A stretch of DNA of 64,000 bases from a phage: NCBI GenBank assembly GCA_012441205.1, contig GCA_012441205.1_4705.1, one strand, 5' to 3'. This document shows, piece after piece, positions 9,442 to 19,568 of this stretch. Position 1 is the stretch's first letter, and every line of letters begins with the position of its first letter. The notes under the pieces were generated by a model, which had not been told where the DNA came from, made no database searches, and worked only from the letters and a program-made list of their open reading frames with translations. The translations under genes were made by a program, and so were the position numbers.

Positions 9442-11175
9442 TTATGCGACTTTACTAATAACGACTGCTGTGATACCGAGATGTAGGTCGACGCCATTCT
9501 GTACTTTAATCCAGCGGATATACAGGTTAGCGTTATCCTGTCCCGTACCACCTGGGACGTTATTGTTCCTATTCCATTGCGAGATTTCGAAACGTTTCTG
9601 CACGTTAGGACCAACCATGATTTCAAAGTGGGTCGGTTCTGGTGCTTTCGATTCCGTTTTCTCAAGATAGAGCGGATGTGTCGCGTAGTAAAGTTGGTTC
9701 AACCATTCACCCAGATCTGAGTGTTTGTTCGTCAAGTCAACATACGCGTTACCAGCAACATCGTAAGTAAACAACGCTTTCGTGTTACGACCGTACACAT
9801 CCGTTGTCGTCGGCGTTGTTTGCGAGCTGAACGTTACTGTCCAGTAATCACCGGATGTTGCCGAACCTGCTTGCAATAGCGTCATTCGAATAGTCTGCGT
9901 ATGACGTACGCGTTTGTAAACGGTAGGATCGACTTCATCTAACCAGATGTTGTACGCAAATTCCTGAGGTTGTCCGTATTTCTTCGGATTAAACTCAGGG
10001 CTGTTCAGCGCCAATTGTACTTTATCGGTTACGTTGTAGTAACGTTCACGGTCGACGTTGTACAACCAGAACACCAGCTCGTATCCCACAGCATCAGATA
10101 CCCATTGCGGATAGCAGAACAGTTTAACACTGTAAGCCCCTTTCGCTTCTTTAGAAACGACGGTATAAGGCACACTGATGTGTTTCACCGCTCCTGGTAA
10201 CGCGTAGGATGTGTCCTCATCGTCGTCCAGGTAGTAGTGTAACGCCAGCGGATGTTTGCTGTTGATGACCTGGGACGTGAAGACGTTAAGGCCGTCCAAC
10301 ACAACCTTGTTACCAGTAACCGGCCAATGTTTAATGGAACCATCACTGTAAGTGACTTCAGCCTGAAGGTCGACGGAATCCAGGTTGACGTTGATCGGTA
10401 ACTCAAGCAGTTTGGTATCGCTGCTGCTCAGCCACGTTGATTTCAGTCGTACCCCGTCTTCCAGAATATATTTAATACCCTGGTCTGGGGTGCGTACATA
10501 GTCAGTGATACGAACGATCATGCGTTTCATGGATAGCGGCTGCGGACCGTCACCATAACCTACTACCATCACCTGCTCAAAATCTTCGACAGGCTTAATG
10601 CAGTAACCTTCACGAGGTGCCCAGATAGCTTTATTCGTTCCGTCTTTGTAAGCGATAAGCTGACACGGAATGAAATCGCTGATCTTATTCCCGCTGTTGT
10701 CATACATCGCACTGATGATTTCGCCTTTGGCGCTGATATCAGAACCGCGGAACACTGCGATACGTCGAATATCCGAGCCATGCAGATGGAAACGACGATC
10801 GATGTTCATTGTAGCAGGGATCGTGTTCGTATTAATCAATACACGCCATGTATCGTACGACCACGTCGGGTCAATACCTTCAAAGGTTGTCGTCCCATCG
10901 CCCTGACCATCGAACGGAGCAGACAGCTGACCGATAAGTTTAAGGGTACTTAGTTTTGTGCGATCGTCTACGGCGATAACACGGTACACCGCATTCGTAT
11001 CCCAGTCTTCAACTTTATCGTCCACGTTGGGGACGTAAAGTTTCCAGTCTTCTTCAACGCCATTATAGATCTCTTTATACGCATAGGTGGTATAGCGTCT
11101 GTCGAGATCCTGAATAGCGAGTTTATCCGGATGCTGTTGTGCATAAAGCACCGGATTGGTAATCTCTCTTCCCAT
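9442..11175 (-). CDS. hypothetical protein, possibly virion structural
   Basis: ORF track starts at a GTG (11181) that overlaps the upstream stop (GTGA); the ATG at 11175 has AAAGGTGAG upstream. About 577 aa, no recognisable motif; function guessed only from neighbourhood with the terminase. Confidence 0.45.
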   Translation of the reverse strand: MGREITNPVLYAQQHPDKLAIQDLDRRYTTYAYKEIYNGVEEDWKLYVPNVDDKVEDWDTNAVYRVIAVDDRTKLSTLKLIGQLSAPFDGQGDGTTTFEGIDPTWSYDTWRVLINTNTIPATMNIDRRFHLHGSDIRRIAVFRGSDISAKGEIISAMYDNSGNKISDFIPCQLIAYKDGTNKAIWAPREGYCIKPVEDFEQVMVVGYGDGPQPLSMKRMIVRITDYVRTPDQGIKYILEDGVRLKSTWLSSSDTKLLELPINVNLDSVDLQAEVTYSDGSIKHWPVTGNKVVLDGLNVFTSQVINSKHPLALHYYLDDDEDTSYALPGAVKHISVPYTVVSKEAKGAYSVKLFCYPQWVSDAVGYELVFWLYNVDRERYYNVTDKVQLALNSPEFNPKKYGQPQEFAYNIWLDEVDPTVYKRVRHTQTIRMTLLQAGSATSGDYWTVTFSSQTTPTTTDVYGRNTKALFTYDVAGNAYVDLTNKHSDLGEWLNQLYYATHPLYLEKTESKAPEPTHFEIMVGPNVQKRFEISQWNRNNNVPGGTGQDNANLYIRWIKVQNGVDLHLGITAVVISKVA

Positions 11176-11177
11176 TA

Positions 11178-13772
11178 TCACTCACCTTTGATTGTGTAAA
11201 ACTTCGTGAAGTCCACGCGATCTTTCAAGAACTCACGACTGACGCGTTCTAAGAACCGCAGTTGTTTAACCGTAACTTCAAGCGGCGTCCAACTGTCGTG
11301 TGGATGAATAGAGACCATCCGCCAATCGTAATTACGTAACGCAGGATCGTAGTCATAGAACCATTTATACGGCTCCATGAAATCCATCAGTTTAACGTCC
11401 TGCATATCAGGATCGGGATCGATAACACCATTGATAAGATCGTACGTTACCGCCATCAACGTTGGGCTGATAAGCTGGTATTTGTTTTCAATCGTTACCG
11501 GCGTATCGTACTTCACACGAGGGAAATACAAGGACATATAGTCTTCAACGCGTTTATCGGTTTCAAGACTTTTGTCGCGTAGATAATACGTGTCTGTGTT
11601 CACGAGACCACGGATAGGGGCAATAACATGGTAAATCGCATAAGGCACCCCATCGTTGACTTTGATGTCGGCAGGGTATTGCGTGTCCTCTGCGGTAACC
11701 ACTTCGCTACGATCGTAAATACGTCCACCAACCACAATACGAACAACATGGTCGTCACGAACATTAAACACGTCGTCGTAAGAAAGCTGATTATGCATCG
11801 TCCAACCGGTATCGTAAACGGTTTCACCGGTTAAGTCCGTACGTGGAAAACCAGTACATCTCACGGTAACCGTGTGCGTGTTCCCTTCACTGAAATACCG
11901 TTTCGCGTTGATCATGATCGTTGGCCATTTTACGATATAATCGATATCGCGTACCAAGCTGTAGCTTTTGGTTGCTCGCTCGTCACCTAACCATACTTCG
12001 ATTTGACCAGGTTCGAAAGGCAGCGGATATTCAACATCAATACCCGTCGTAACATCCAACCATACGGTGTGGTTACGATGTTGTATTGTGGTCTTATACG
12101 CTAAGAAGTAGGTGTCGAACAATACTAAACCGGTTTGCTTTCTTCCATCCAACGACCATTTTATTACCCCGTTCTCTTCCGTTACCACAGAAGCATCGTC
12201 GGTAACATCCTTCCATGTGTTCGCGACAGGTTGTCCGTTACGAAGATTTACGCTATAACAGCGGTAACTCGCCCATTCACGGATTGGGACGTCGGCAACA
12301 CCCATCACGTAATCAAGCGTTCTCCCACCAACACCCGATCGACCCTCAACATAGGACGTGGTTTCATATTGCGGATAAAAATGTCGGCCTGCCGGATGTT
12401 GCGTGATACCCAATAATAGACCGTCACTGTCGTACTCAAAGAACGTCGCATTTGCACGTAAACCCCATGGTACTTCAGCGGTAGGGGTACCCATATCGTC
12501 AGTAACGCGTTGTGGACTATCTGCAACCAGTTTTGCCATCGCGTTATACCCGTAAGCGGAGGTCACCATGTCGATCGTGATATTGCTTTCCTTATTACGC
12601 ATGATGCGTGTATAATCACTGGCTTCAAGCGTGCGTGCAAAGAACTCGGGTATATTAGCGTTCTGTTCTAACATCGCACCGACGATGACGTCGTCTGGAA
12701 GTTTATACAGTTCGTGGATGCGGTTATGTTCGAAGGTTAACTGCGTTTTCAAACCGCTATCACGGACAACCACTTCCAGGGTTAAATCACGAAGCGATTC
12801 TGCTCCATCAACCCGTTCAACGAAGTAGCTGACATAATCAACAGGAATCCCGTAATCACGATGCGTGAGCATGCGGATACTATTTTCCTGGTTGGTATGG
12901 TAATAACGTCCTTTTCCGTTAGGCCCTTTCACGTAGATATCAACGTCATCACGATACCGGATTTTAGTATCCGCTTCATCTTTCGGCGGATGAATAAGAT
13001 ACTTCACTTTTTTGTCCAGATCGCCGTTGTACGTTTTAAGATCTTCTACACGGAAGCTGTACCGATGAACAACGGTACCGTCATAGACGACCTGAATGCT
13101 ATCACCGATCTTAAAACTTGTCGGCGGAATGTCTTCAACCGCTTCACCATTGATACTGCAGTGCGTCCAGCCGATACCGGTTTCCTGAATCTTTTTACGC
13201 CAGGCGTATAGCTGACGCTGCCACTGTAGAACCTGTGTCGAGCTGGTTACAATCCCCCCAAGGACATGCACTTCACGCCCCGTCGGTTTCGTGTATGACG
13301 GATAGCCTTCTGCGAAGTCGGCGTTGAGATAGGTGCGCCAGTAATAATCACCAACGCCAAGGTCAGCGATATTCGGTTGGTCGAGCACACAGACCAGCAT
13401 CGTTTCGTTTTCCAGATTACCCGTCCACGTTAATGTCAACGGGAATTCTTTACCGTCCTCGGTATAGATATTGTAATACGATCCCTTCACCTCACAGAAC
13501 TTGCTGAGTTCTCGCCACCACAACCGACCCGCCCCGACATTAAAATCCTCCCCCATATGTCGTCCAATAACAAACACATGGAACGTATTGGTATCATCAG
13601 GAAGATTGAATGTACGATGCCAAGCCGTAAAGTTTTTTACTGCGCCGGTCTTTCCGGTAATACGACGCATCTTGATACGATGCTGGTTGTCCATTAATGG
13701 ACGGCAGTTCACATTCAGCGCAGCATGATTTATCAAGTATTGCGCTGTAGGATTAGAAGCGTTCAACACCAC
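11178..13772 (-). CDS. hypothetical large protein (about 860 aa), possibly virion structural
   Basis: Very long ORF in the terminase block; the ORF-track start is a GTG overlapping the upstream gene, so the true start is uncertain. Confidence 0.45.
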   Translation of the reverse strand: MVLNASNPTAQYLINHAALNVNCRPLMDNQHRIKMRRITGKTGAVKNFTAWHRTFNLPDDTNTFHVFVIGRHMGEDFNVGAGRLWWRELSKFCEVKGSYYNIYTEDGKEFPLTLTWTGNLENETMLVCVLDQPNIADLGVGDYYWRTYLNADFAEGYPSYTKPTGREVHVLGGIVTSSTQVLQWQRQLYAWRKKIQETGIGWTHCSINGEAVEDIPPTSFKIGDSIQVVYDGTVVHRYSFRVEDLKTYNGDLDKKVKYLIHPPKDEADTKIRYRDDVDIYVKGPNGKGRYYHTNQENSIRMLTHRDYGIPVDYVSYFVERVDGAESLRDLTLEVVVRDSGLKTQLTFEHNRIHELYKLPDDVIVGAMLEQNANIPEFFARTLEASDYTRIMRNKESNITIDMVTSAYGYNAMAKLVADSPQRVTDDMGTPTAEVPWGLRANATFFEYDSDGLLLGITQHPAGRHFYPQYETTSYVEGRSGVGGRTLDYVMGVADVPIREWASYRCYSVNLRNGQPVANTWKDVTDDASVVTEENGVIKWSLDGRKQTGLVLFDTYFLAYKTTIQHRNHTVWLDVTTGIDVEYPLPFEPGQIEVWLGDERATKSYSLVRDIDYIVKWPTIMINAKRYFSEGNTHTVTVRCTGFPRTDLTGETVYDTGWTMHNQLSYDDVFNVRDDHVVRIVVGGRIYDRSEVVTAEDTQYPADIKVNDGVPYAIYHVIAPIRGLVNTDTYYLRDKSLETDKRVEDYMSLYFPRVKYDTPVTIENKYQLISPTLMAVTYDLINGVIDPDPDMQDVKLMDFMEPYKWFYDYDPALRNYDWRMVSIHPHDSWTPLEVTVKQLRFLERVSREFLKDRVDFTKFYTIKGE

Positions 13773-14700
13773 GGCATGCCTCCAGGAGGTATTTCATGTT
13801 GGCTTGGAAATCATTGACGTCACGCGCCATACGACGCTGATCCGCCATGAGACGAGCCAACACGGTATCACGGTAACCACGATCGTGGTCAGCAGCAGAG
13901 CATAAAAGAATAAATGTTGGTGGATGCTCTAAAGCAATCCCAGCAACTTCTTTACTATAACCCCCAACCCAGCTGTAAGCGGTGATTTCAAACAACAACG
14001 CTTGGGTTAACGTGTTCAAACGGGGACTAATATTACTTTCTTTTAATGCTGTTACGAAAGCTGCCATGTTAGGGATATAACCCAGGTTTTCGGTTACGAT
14101 ACCGATGCTCGCAAAATCGTAACGAAGCGTTGTCTGGATGGTGCGCACCATAGTTAGTCTTTCATTATTTGTAAGGCTATCTTTAAACAGGCAAAGATAA
14201 TACCATGCTGTTATGATGGCAACATCACGACGTTGTTGAAGGTCCAGCCCTAAACGTTGTGTGATTTGTCCGCTAATCCAATCACAAAAGACACGCATCG
14301 GGATAGGGCCAAGACGTTCAAAAGGACGTGTGCCCAAGGATTCCCATCCTACCTGAAGATACGCACGTGATTGAAGAAAGTTATATTCACGTTCGTTAAC
14401 AACGGTAGTACGCGATCCTGGGCGTGAAGTATCTGTTGGGGTGCGCGCGTAAGCGCGTTGGTCGATAACAACGCGCTGTCCGTCCATCACTGTTTTAATG
14501 ACCAACGGATGACCAAAAGAAGGGATATCGTCCAACGTATTTTTGTTGCCGATGACTTCGAGAACGGGAGTGTTTACGCCACTTTCTTCACCGGGTGCAC
14601 TTAACAATCCGCCGACGTAAGCAACTTCGATAGCGGTTCGGATACGGTCAATGCCTTTTAGTTTTGTTCCAACAGTTGTGTCGTAAGGAGAGATGAACAT
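13753..14700 (-). CDS. hypothetical protein (315 aa)
   Basis: ATG at 14700 with AAAGGAA RBS; first gene of the minus-strand block that runs through the terminase. Confidence 0.5.
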   Translation of the reverse strand: MFISPYDTTVGTKLKGIDRIRTAIEVAYVGGLLSAPGEESGVNTPVLEVIGNKNTLDDIPSFGHPLVIKTVMDGQRVVIDQRAYARTPTDTSRPGSRTTVVNEREYNFLQSRAYLQVGWESLGTRPFERLGPIPMRVFCDWISGQITQRLGLDLQQRRDVAIITAWYYLCLFKDSLTNNERLTMVRTIQTTLRYDFASIGIVTENLGYIPNMAAFVTALKESNISPRLNTLTQALLFEITAYSWVGGYSKEVAGIALEHPPTFILLCSAADHDRGYRDTVLARLMADQRRMARDVNDFQANMKYLLEACRGVERF

Positions 14701-14762
14701 ATGTAATTCCTTTATTACGGCATATAAGAAAACGGGTTAAGCACACAGATTTACGCATAATT

Positions 14763-14774
14763 GTAATATTTTAC
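14763..14774. promoter_or_regulatory. quasi-palindromic promoter-like motif in divergent intergenic region
   Basis: GTAATATTTTAC reads as AATATTAC on the minus strand and TATTTTAC on the plus strand; a second copy TTTATTACG lies at 14711-14719. Both resemble the recurring CTATATTAC motif. Confidence 0.3.
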
Positions 14775-14843
14775 GTTATGCCTATGACATTGTGTCACGT
14801 GTGCAATTATGTCATACAATTTCCTTAAATTAAGGAGAGTTCC

Positions 14844-16916
14844 ATGAGGCTTAAGAATAGCACGCCTCGCGCGATTTTTACGGGCTTTAAAGAGGGTCTT
14901 ACCACGGATCCGGTTACAGCCCCAGAGATCACGCCCATTCACCTCCCGTATGTTTTCATTCAGGGTGGTCGTGGTAAAGAGGACACCTTGCTGTTAACAG
15001 GGGACGCCCTGTCTACAGTCTACGGTGAAGATATGCTGAACTACCGCAGTAAGTACGCTTCTCCAGCAACACTGATTGCTCGCCAGGCGGCTTCTACAGG
15101 TAGCGCGATCTTCACAAAACGTTTGGTTGCGCCGGATGCAACGGCAGCACGCATCCGTATCGGTGTTGAAGTGGTCGCCGATAAACTGGTCGTTTACCAG
15201 CGTAACGCTGACGGGTCCTTTATGAAGGACACCGACGGCAACAAAATCCCTGACGGCGATAAAACCGTTGACGGGGTGAAAATGCGTTGGATTGTTAACC
15301 ACGACAAAGATGCCGTAGCGCCTAACGCCTTCGGTAAAGATGAAGTGGTTATCGGACAAATGACCGCAGCTGATGGTACCCAGAGCAACTACTATCCTAT
15401 TCTGGATGGAATGGTGAGCTGGCGTGGTGCTGAAGGGGACAACATCGGCTTACGTCTGGAAGCACCGACCGCGCTGAGCAGCAACCCTACCCGTACCGAT
15501 ATCATCGAACGTATCGGTGCTTTCCTGTACCGCATTCAGTTCGTGGAACGTAAGTCTTCACGAACTGCGCCGACGGTCATTCGTACGATCAGCGGTATGG
15601 AACAAGAAACCTTCGCGTTGCAGGAAGGTGTTATCCAGCCTGATGACGAAACCGATCTGTCCTTCGGTAAAGTGGTCGTTGATGCCTACGAGTATAATGA
15701 AACGGGTAACACCCCGATCTTTGCTCCGATGGATCAGATGCATCTTTATCAGAAGAACATCGATGAAGTCGTCAAGAAGCTGTACGAATCTGAAAGCAAA
15801 GTTAACAAAGATCTGTTAACCGACGTTGAATTCGTCGAAGGTCAGATGAACATCTTCACCGGTGTCGATTACAACGGCATCCCGTATCAAACCATCGAAG
15901 TTCTCGATGCGGATCAGGGCGGCGTCATCTTTGATGGTACCAGCACCTTCTACGCAATTGATGGTAGCGACGGTGACGTCGACTGGGATACCTTCGACGC
16001 GTTAGCGAAACAGCAGTTCGAATCGTTCGGCAGAATGGGCGAAGATCTGGAAGACATGGCTTTCTATCCGTTCTCCATCGTGTATGATATTGGTTACAAA
16101 GTCGACACGAAGAAAGCGATGGCAAACGTCTTGTCTCTGCGTCCGGATGTCATGATCATTGCGTCAACCCATACCTGGAAGGGTGTGGAACTGAATGTCG
16201 ATGAAGAAAGCTCCATGGGCGCGATGCTGCGTAACTACTATCGTCTGCATCCAGAAAGCGTGCTTTACAATACCCCAGCTTGCCGTGCTGCGGTATTCAT
16301 GCAATACGGTGAAAGCATCGAAGCGCCAAGCCTGGGTAAAGTTCCGTTGACGCTGGAAGTTGCTAATAAACTTGCAACTTACATGGGTGCTTCGGATGGT
16401 GTTATCCGCGGTACCCGCATCGATAACAACCCTGGTAACGTTGTCACAACGATGCGTAAAATCAACAAGACGTATCGTAACGCAACGGTCCGCGATCGTG
16501 ATTGGGAAAACGGCTTGAACTATGTTCAGACCTACAACCGTAATTCCAACTTCTTCCCGGCTTGGGGCACGATCTACAATAACGACCGTTCGGTATGGCG
16601 TTCGTTGATCAACGTGATCATCGGTTGCGATCTGACTCGCGTGTGCTATCGTCTCTGGGCAGAAACCACCGGTACTACAGGAATGGATGAAACCCTGTTC
16701 CTGAAACTGATGGGCGAACGCTTCCTGGAATACACCACGGGCCGTTACAACGACCATGTGACTGTTAAGGGACGTTTCTACCTGGATAAAGAAGACGGTT
16801 ACAACGGCTTCAGCTATCACGGCGATATCAGCCTGATCGGCGATCCAGGCATGACCGTGGGTACGTTTACCATCACCGGGCTGCGTCGTAACACCGAAGC
16901 AGCAGAAGCGGCGTAA
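14844..16916 (+). CDS. putative tail sheath protein
   Basis: 690 aa, consensus RBS AAGGAGAG, own upstream region and downstream terminator; size and the following about 296-aa gene fit a jumbo-myovirus sheath/tube pair. No diagnostic motif, so a capsid or other abundant protein is possible. Confidence 0.4.
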   Translation: MRLKNSTPRAIFTGFKEGLTTDPVTAPEITPIHLPYVFIQGGRGKEDTLLLTGDALSTVYGEDMLNYRSKYASPATLIARQAASTGSAIFTKRLVAPDATAARIRIGVEVVADKLVVYQRNADGSFMKDTDGNKIPDGDKTVDGVKMRWIVNHDKDAVAPNAFGKDEVVIGQMTAADGTQSNYYPILDGMVSWRGAEGDNIGLRLEAPTALSSNPTRTDIIERIGAFLYRIQFVERKSSRTAPTVIRTISGMEQETFALQEGVIQPDDETDLSFGKVVVDAYEYNETGNTPIFAPMDQMHLYQKNIDEVVKKLYESESKVNKDLLTDVEFVEGQMNIFTGVDYNGIPYQTIEVLDADQGGVIFDGTSTFYAIDGSDGDVDWDTFDALAKQQFESFGRMGEDLEDMAFYPFSIVYDIGYKVDTKKAMANVLSLRPDVMIIASTHTWKGVELNVDEESSMGAMLRNYYRLHPESVLYNTPACRAAVFMQYGESIEAPSLGKVPLTLEVANKLATYMGASDGVIRGTRIDNNPGNVVTTMRKINKTYRNATVRDRDWENGLNYVQTYNRNSNFFPAWGTIYNNDRSVWRSLINVIIGCDLTRVCYRLWAETTGTTGMDETLFLKLMGERFLEYTTGRYNDHVTVKGRFYLDKEDGYNGFSYHGDISLIGDPGMTVGTFTITGLRRNTEAAEAA

Positions 16917-16931
16917 TGAGAGGAGTCCATA

Positions 16932-17822
16932 ATGCGTCCTGATAATACCCTACTCGGTGAACAGGGTGTTGGTGCTCTTAGCAACGCGGCTATGGTCGAT
17001 ATTCGTGCAGGTGCCCAAAACGGGTACATCAGCAATATCGGTACGTACGTTGCTAACGCCAACTACATTCCGAACCAAATGTTCTGTCTCCTGCTGGAGG
17101 CACCACGTGGTTTCAACTATCTACCTAACCCGGATGTACAGATTGGTTATCTGAAGGCGTTGGTAGAAGAAGTTGCGCATTCGATTACCGGTCTGCAACG
17201 CGGATTGGAAGTTGAATTCGTTAGCGTCCCGGTTTCTGGTTCCGGTGAAATCCAGGAAGAAGTCTCTGACGTTAAACGTCCTCGCTCTAACCCGACTTTC
17301 GGGATCTATGAGAAAGAAGGTCGTTCCGTTAGTTACTTCCTGGAACAATGGATCACGTATCTGTTGATGGATCCGGATGCCAAATACCCGATGTTGTCGT
17401 CTATCGTATCCACTGGTGGTCCAACCGACCTGCTGGCGGATTATCGTAGCGCAACAATGCTGTTCGTTGAGCCAGACCGCCAACACAAAAAAGTGGTTAA
17501 CGCCTGGCTGTGCACGAACATGATGCCTCACGGTACCGGTGACTGGACATCACGTCGTAACAAGAACGATGCGCCAAACGTGGTAGAATTGAGCATTCAG
17601 TTCACAGCGTTAACACAGACCAACTACGGCGTGCGTGCTTTTGCACAACGTCTGCTGGATAAGATGAACCTGCTCAAAGTGAACCCGGATTTCCGTCCGG
17701 CTTATCTGAGCGACATCGATCCGGCTGTGGCAGCGCAGAAGGTTGGCTACACCTTCGACTTTGATAACAACGATACCTTTGAGGTACCGAATACTTATCA
17801 AAACGTAACACCTCGCGTGTAA
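16932..17822 (+). CDS. putative tail tube protein
   Basis: 296 aa, starts 15 nt after the sheath candidate with GAGAGGAG RBS; followed by an A9 run and a hairpin terminator. Confidence 0.3.
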   Translation: MRPDNTLLGEQGVGALSNAAMVDIRAGAQNGYISNIGTYVANANYIPNQMFCLLLEAPRGFNYLPNPDVQIGYLKALVEEVAHSITGLQRGLEVEFVSVPVSGSGEIQEEVSDVKRPRSNPTFGIYEKEGRSVSYFLEQWITYLLMDPDAKYPMLSSIVSTGGPTDLLADYRSATMLFVEPDRQHKKVVNAWLCTNMMPHGTGDWTSRRNKNDAPNVVELSIQFTALTQTNYGVRAFAQRLLDKMNLLKVNPDFRPAYLSDIDPAVAAQKVGYTFDFDNNDTFEVPNTYQNVTPRV

Positions 17823-17847
17823 CGTAAAAAAAAAGCATATTAACCTC

Positions 17848-17884
17848 CCTTCCTTCCCCGGCCTTGACGGCTAGGGAAGGAAGG
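17848..17884. terminator. hairpin terminator between convergent genes
   Basis: CCTTCCTTCCC-(15 nt)-GGGAAGGAAGG followed by TTTATGGTTTATTT. Confidence 0.55.
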
Positions 17885-17896
17885 TTTATGGTTTAT

Positions 17897-18436
17897 TTAC
17901 TGTTTGTTCGTGGCTTCACGAATGAAAATGACATCAGGATATTCTTGAGATTCAATGAATTCAGGATTACGATAACGACGAATATGACGCATCGTTGTAC
18001 AAGCAAGTTTGTAAAGATGTTCCTCCTCACGTTGTGTTAATAACATCAGTTGCGCGTCTGGAATCACGAATGGGAGTCTTTCATTCACGTATTCCCGAAG
18101 GTCATCGAGATCATCGTGATGAATGCCCTCTGAGAGCTTATATAACGCTTCCAGCAATTCTAATCCACCGAACTGGTAACTTCCTATTGTCGTCTTAAAC
18201 AATGCGCCAGAACGCGTGGTGGATGCTCTATCGGCGACATCGTATTGTTCTAACATATATCCGTAGACCATGCTACGTCGATCCAGTGTATCCGTAACGA
18301 GATTACGCCACCGTTCCAGTCTTTCGAGCGCTTTGTCGATAGAGTAAACGATCATGCCATGTTCATCCAACTCTTCCGCAATACCCAATAGTTCATTGTT
18401 GTTAGGTTTTGCTGCACCGATAAGAAAAACACTCAT
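17897..18436 (-). CDS. hypothetical protein (179 aa)
   Basis: ORF; stop/start overlap with the upstream gene at 18436. Confidence 0.45.
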   Translation of the reverse strand: MSVFLIGAAKPNNNELLGIAEELDEHGMIVYSIDKALERLERWRNLVTDTLDRRSMVYGYMLEQYDVADRASTTRSGALFKTTIGSYQFGGLELLEALYKLSEGIHHDDLDDLREYVNERLPFVIPDAQLMLLTQREEEHLYKLACTTMRHIRRYRNPEFIESQEYPDVIFIREATNKQ

Positions 18437-18897
18437 TACTCAAACTCCTTATTCCAAAACTCGATTAATGAATCGAGCTGTTCCTTACTGGTTATCTCAC
18501 CTCCCCTAACAAAATGAAATCGTTCTTGAATGGCGATCTTTTCAAGGATATCGGTAAGCAAATGACGGTGACAGAAATTTCCTGCAGGACAATAACACCC
18601 TAACACCACAACCGGATGGGAGAATAAAGCCAACCATTCCGGTGTATGATCAACAAAGCTTTTGCGCATAAGCGCGTAGTAGCCTATGGTATATTCATCC
18701 TCGGTTAACGTTTTTGATTTGATTCCTGTAACAAGTTCCCATGAAGGTGCGAAGAGTGGGTTACCTGTTTTCACCGTCGTGTCCAGTAGAAACGCTCGTG
18801 TGTCTGAAAGCCAACGATATTTGGCTAATTGAAGGGTGTATAAAAACACAGCGCTAACCCCAAAGGATAAAAAATAAAACCTTGACATAACCACCAC
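18436..18897 (-). CDS. hypothetical membrane-anchored protein with Cys/His motif
   Basis: 153 aa; hydrophobic N-terminus (FYFLSFGVSAVFLYTL) and a conserved-looking VVLGCYCPAGNFCHRHLL motif. Confidence 0.45.
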   Translation of the reverse strand: MVVMSRFYFLSFGVSAVFLYTLQLAKYRWLSDTRAFLLDTTVKTGNPLFAPSWELVTGIKSKTLTEDEYTIGYYALMRKSFVDHTPEWLALFSHPVVVLGCYCPAGNFCHRHLLTDILEKIAIQERFHFVRGGEITSKEQLDSLIEFWNKEFE

Positions 18898-18953
18898 CGC
18901 AACCCCATACAGGGCTACGGTGGGGTCATACAGAGAGACGTGTTAAGTTACAA

Positions 18954-19433
18954 TCAGTCTTTCAGCAGCTCAGCTGCATACGCACTGATGTTGTCGCGAA
19001 TATGCTTAACCTGAGTTGTTGGGAAAGATTTCTTATACGCGGTGGTCAGGCGTCCGTAAACCTGTTTCTTCTCGTTAGAGCCGAAACCAACTTCAGCGCT
19101 ACGTTGAACCGTTGCGGACACAACGTCTTTGCCCAGCGGCAGGGTTACAGAAACAACGTCAACCTGCTTGTTATCCGCCATGAACTGCGCGCCAACGCGA
19201 CCTACCGCCAGACCATGAGCCAGACCGATATCGGTGGTCAGTTTCTGTGCTTTTTCCAGGATTTCTTTTTCTTCCGGCGTTACCAGAGTACCCAGGAAAT
19301 CACTGCCTAACTTCTGGCTACCAGATTCGTCCAGTTTAATACCAGCGGCGATTTTATCAGAAAGAGCCTGAACTTCCGGACGTACGTTAGAAGTGGTTTC
19401 AGTCGCTACGGTGGTTTCTACAGCTTCAGACAT
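18954..19433 (-). CDS. hypothetical protein (159 aa)
   Basis: ATG at 19433 with GGAG about 9-12 nt upstream; the CTATATTAC motif lies about 125 nt upstream. Confidence 0.5.
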   Translation of the reverse strand: MSEAVETTVATETTSNVRPEVQALSDKIAAGIKLDESGSQKLGSDFLGTLVTPEEKEILEKAQKLTTDIGLAHGLAVGRVGAQFMADNKQVDVVSVTLPLGKDVVSATVQRSAEVGFGSNEKKQVYGRLTTAYKKSFPTTQVKHIRDNISAYAAELLKD

Positions 19434-19555
19434 GTTAATACTCCAATTAGTTTTTTCGATCGATCAAAAGGATAAAATCAGAAGATTCTTTCTTCATAGG
19501 GAAAACACAAGTCGGTTAAGGTTTACTTCTTAAACTCCTTGCGTTCTATCAGTTA

Positions 19556-19568
19556 GGTAATATAGACC
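19556..19568 (-). promoter_or_regulatory. putative phage promoter motif (GGTCTATATTACC on minus strand)
   Basis: Plus-strand GGTAATATAGACC; near-identical copies at 44242-44254 and 57368-57378, each 30-125 nt upstream of a minus-strand gene start. Confidence 0.4.

Noticed and set aside
13753-14700. 315-aa protein as a PhuZ-like phage tubulin
   Set aside because: The size fits, but there is no GGGTG(S/T)G-type tubulin/FtsZ signature; no chimallin candidate could be identified by reading alone either.
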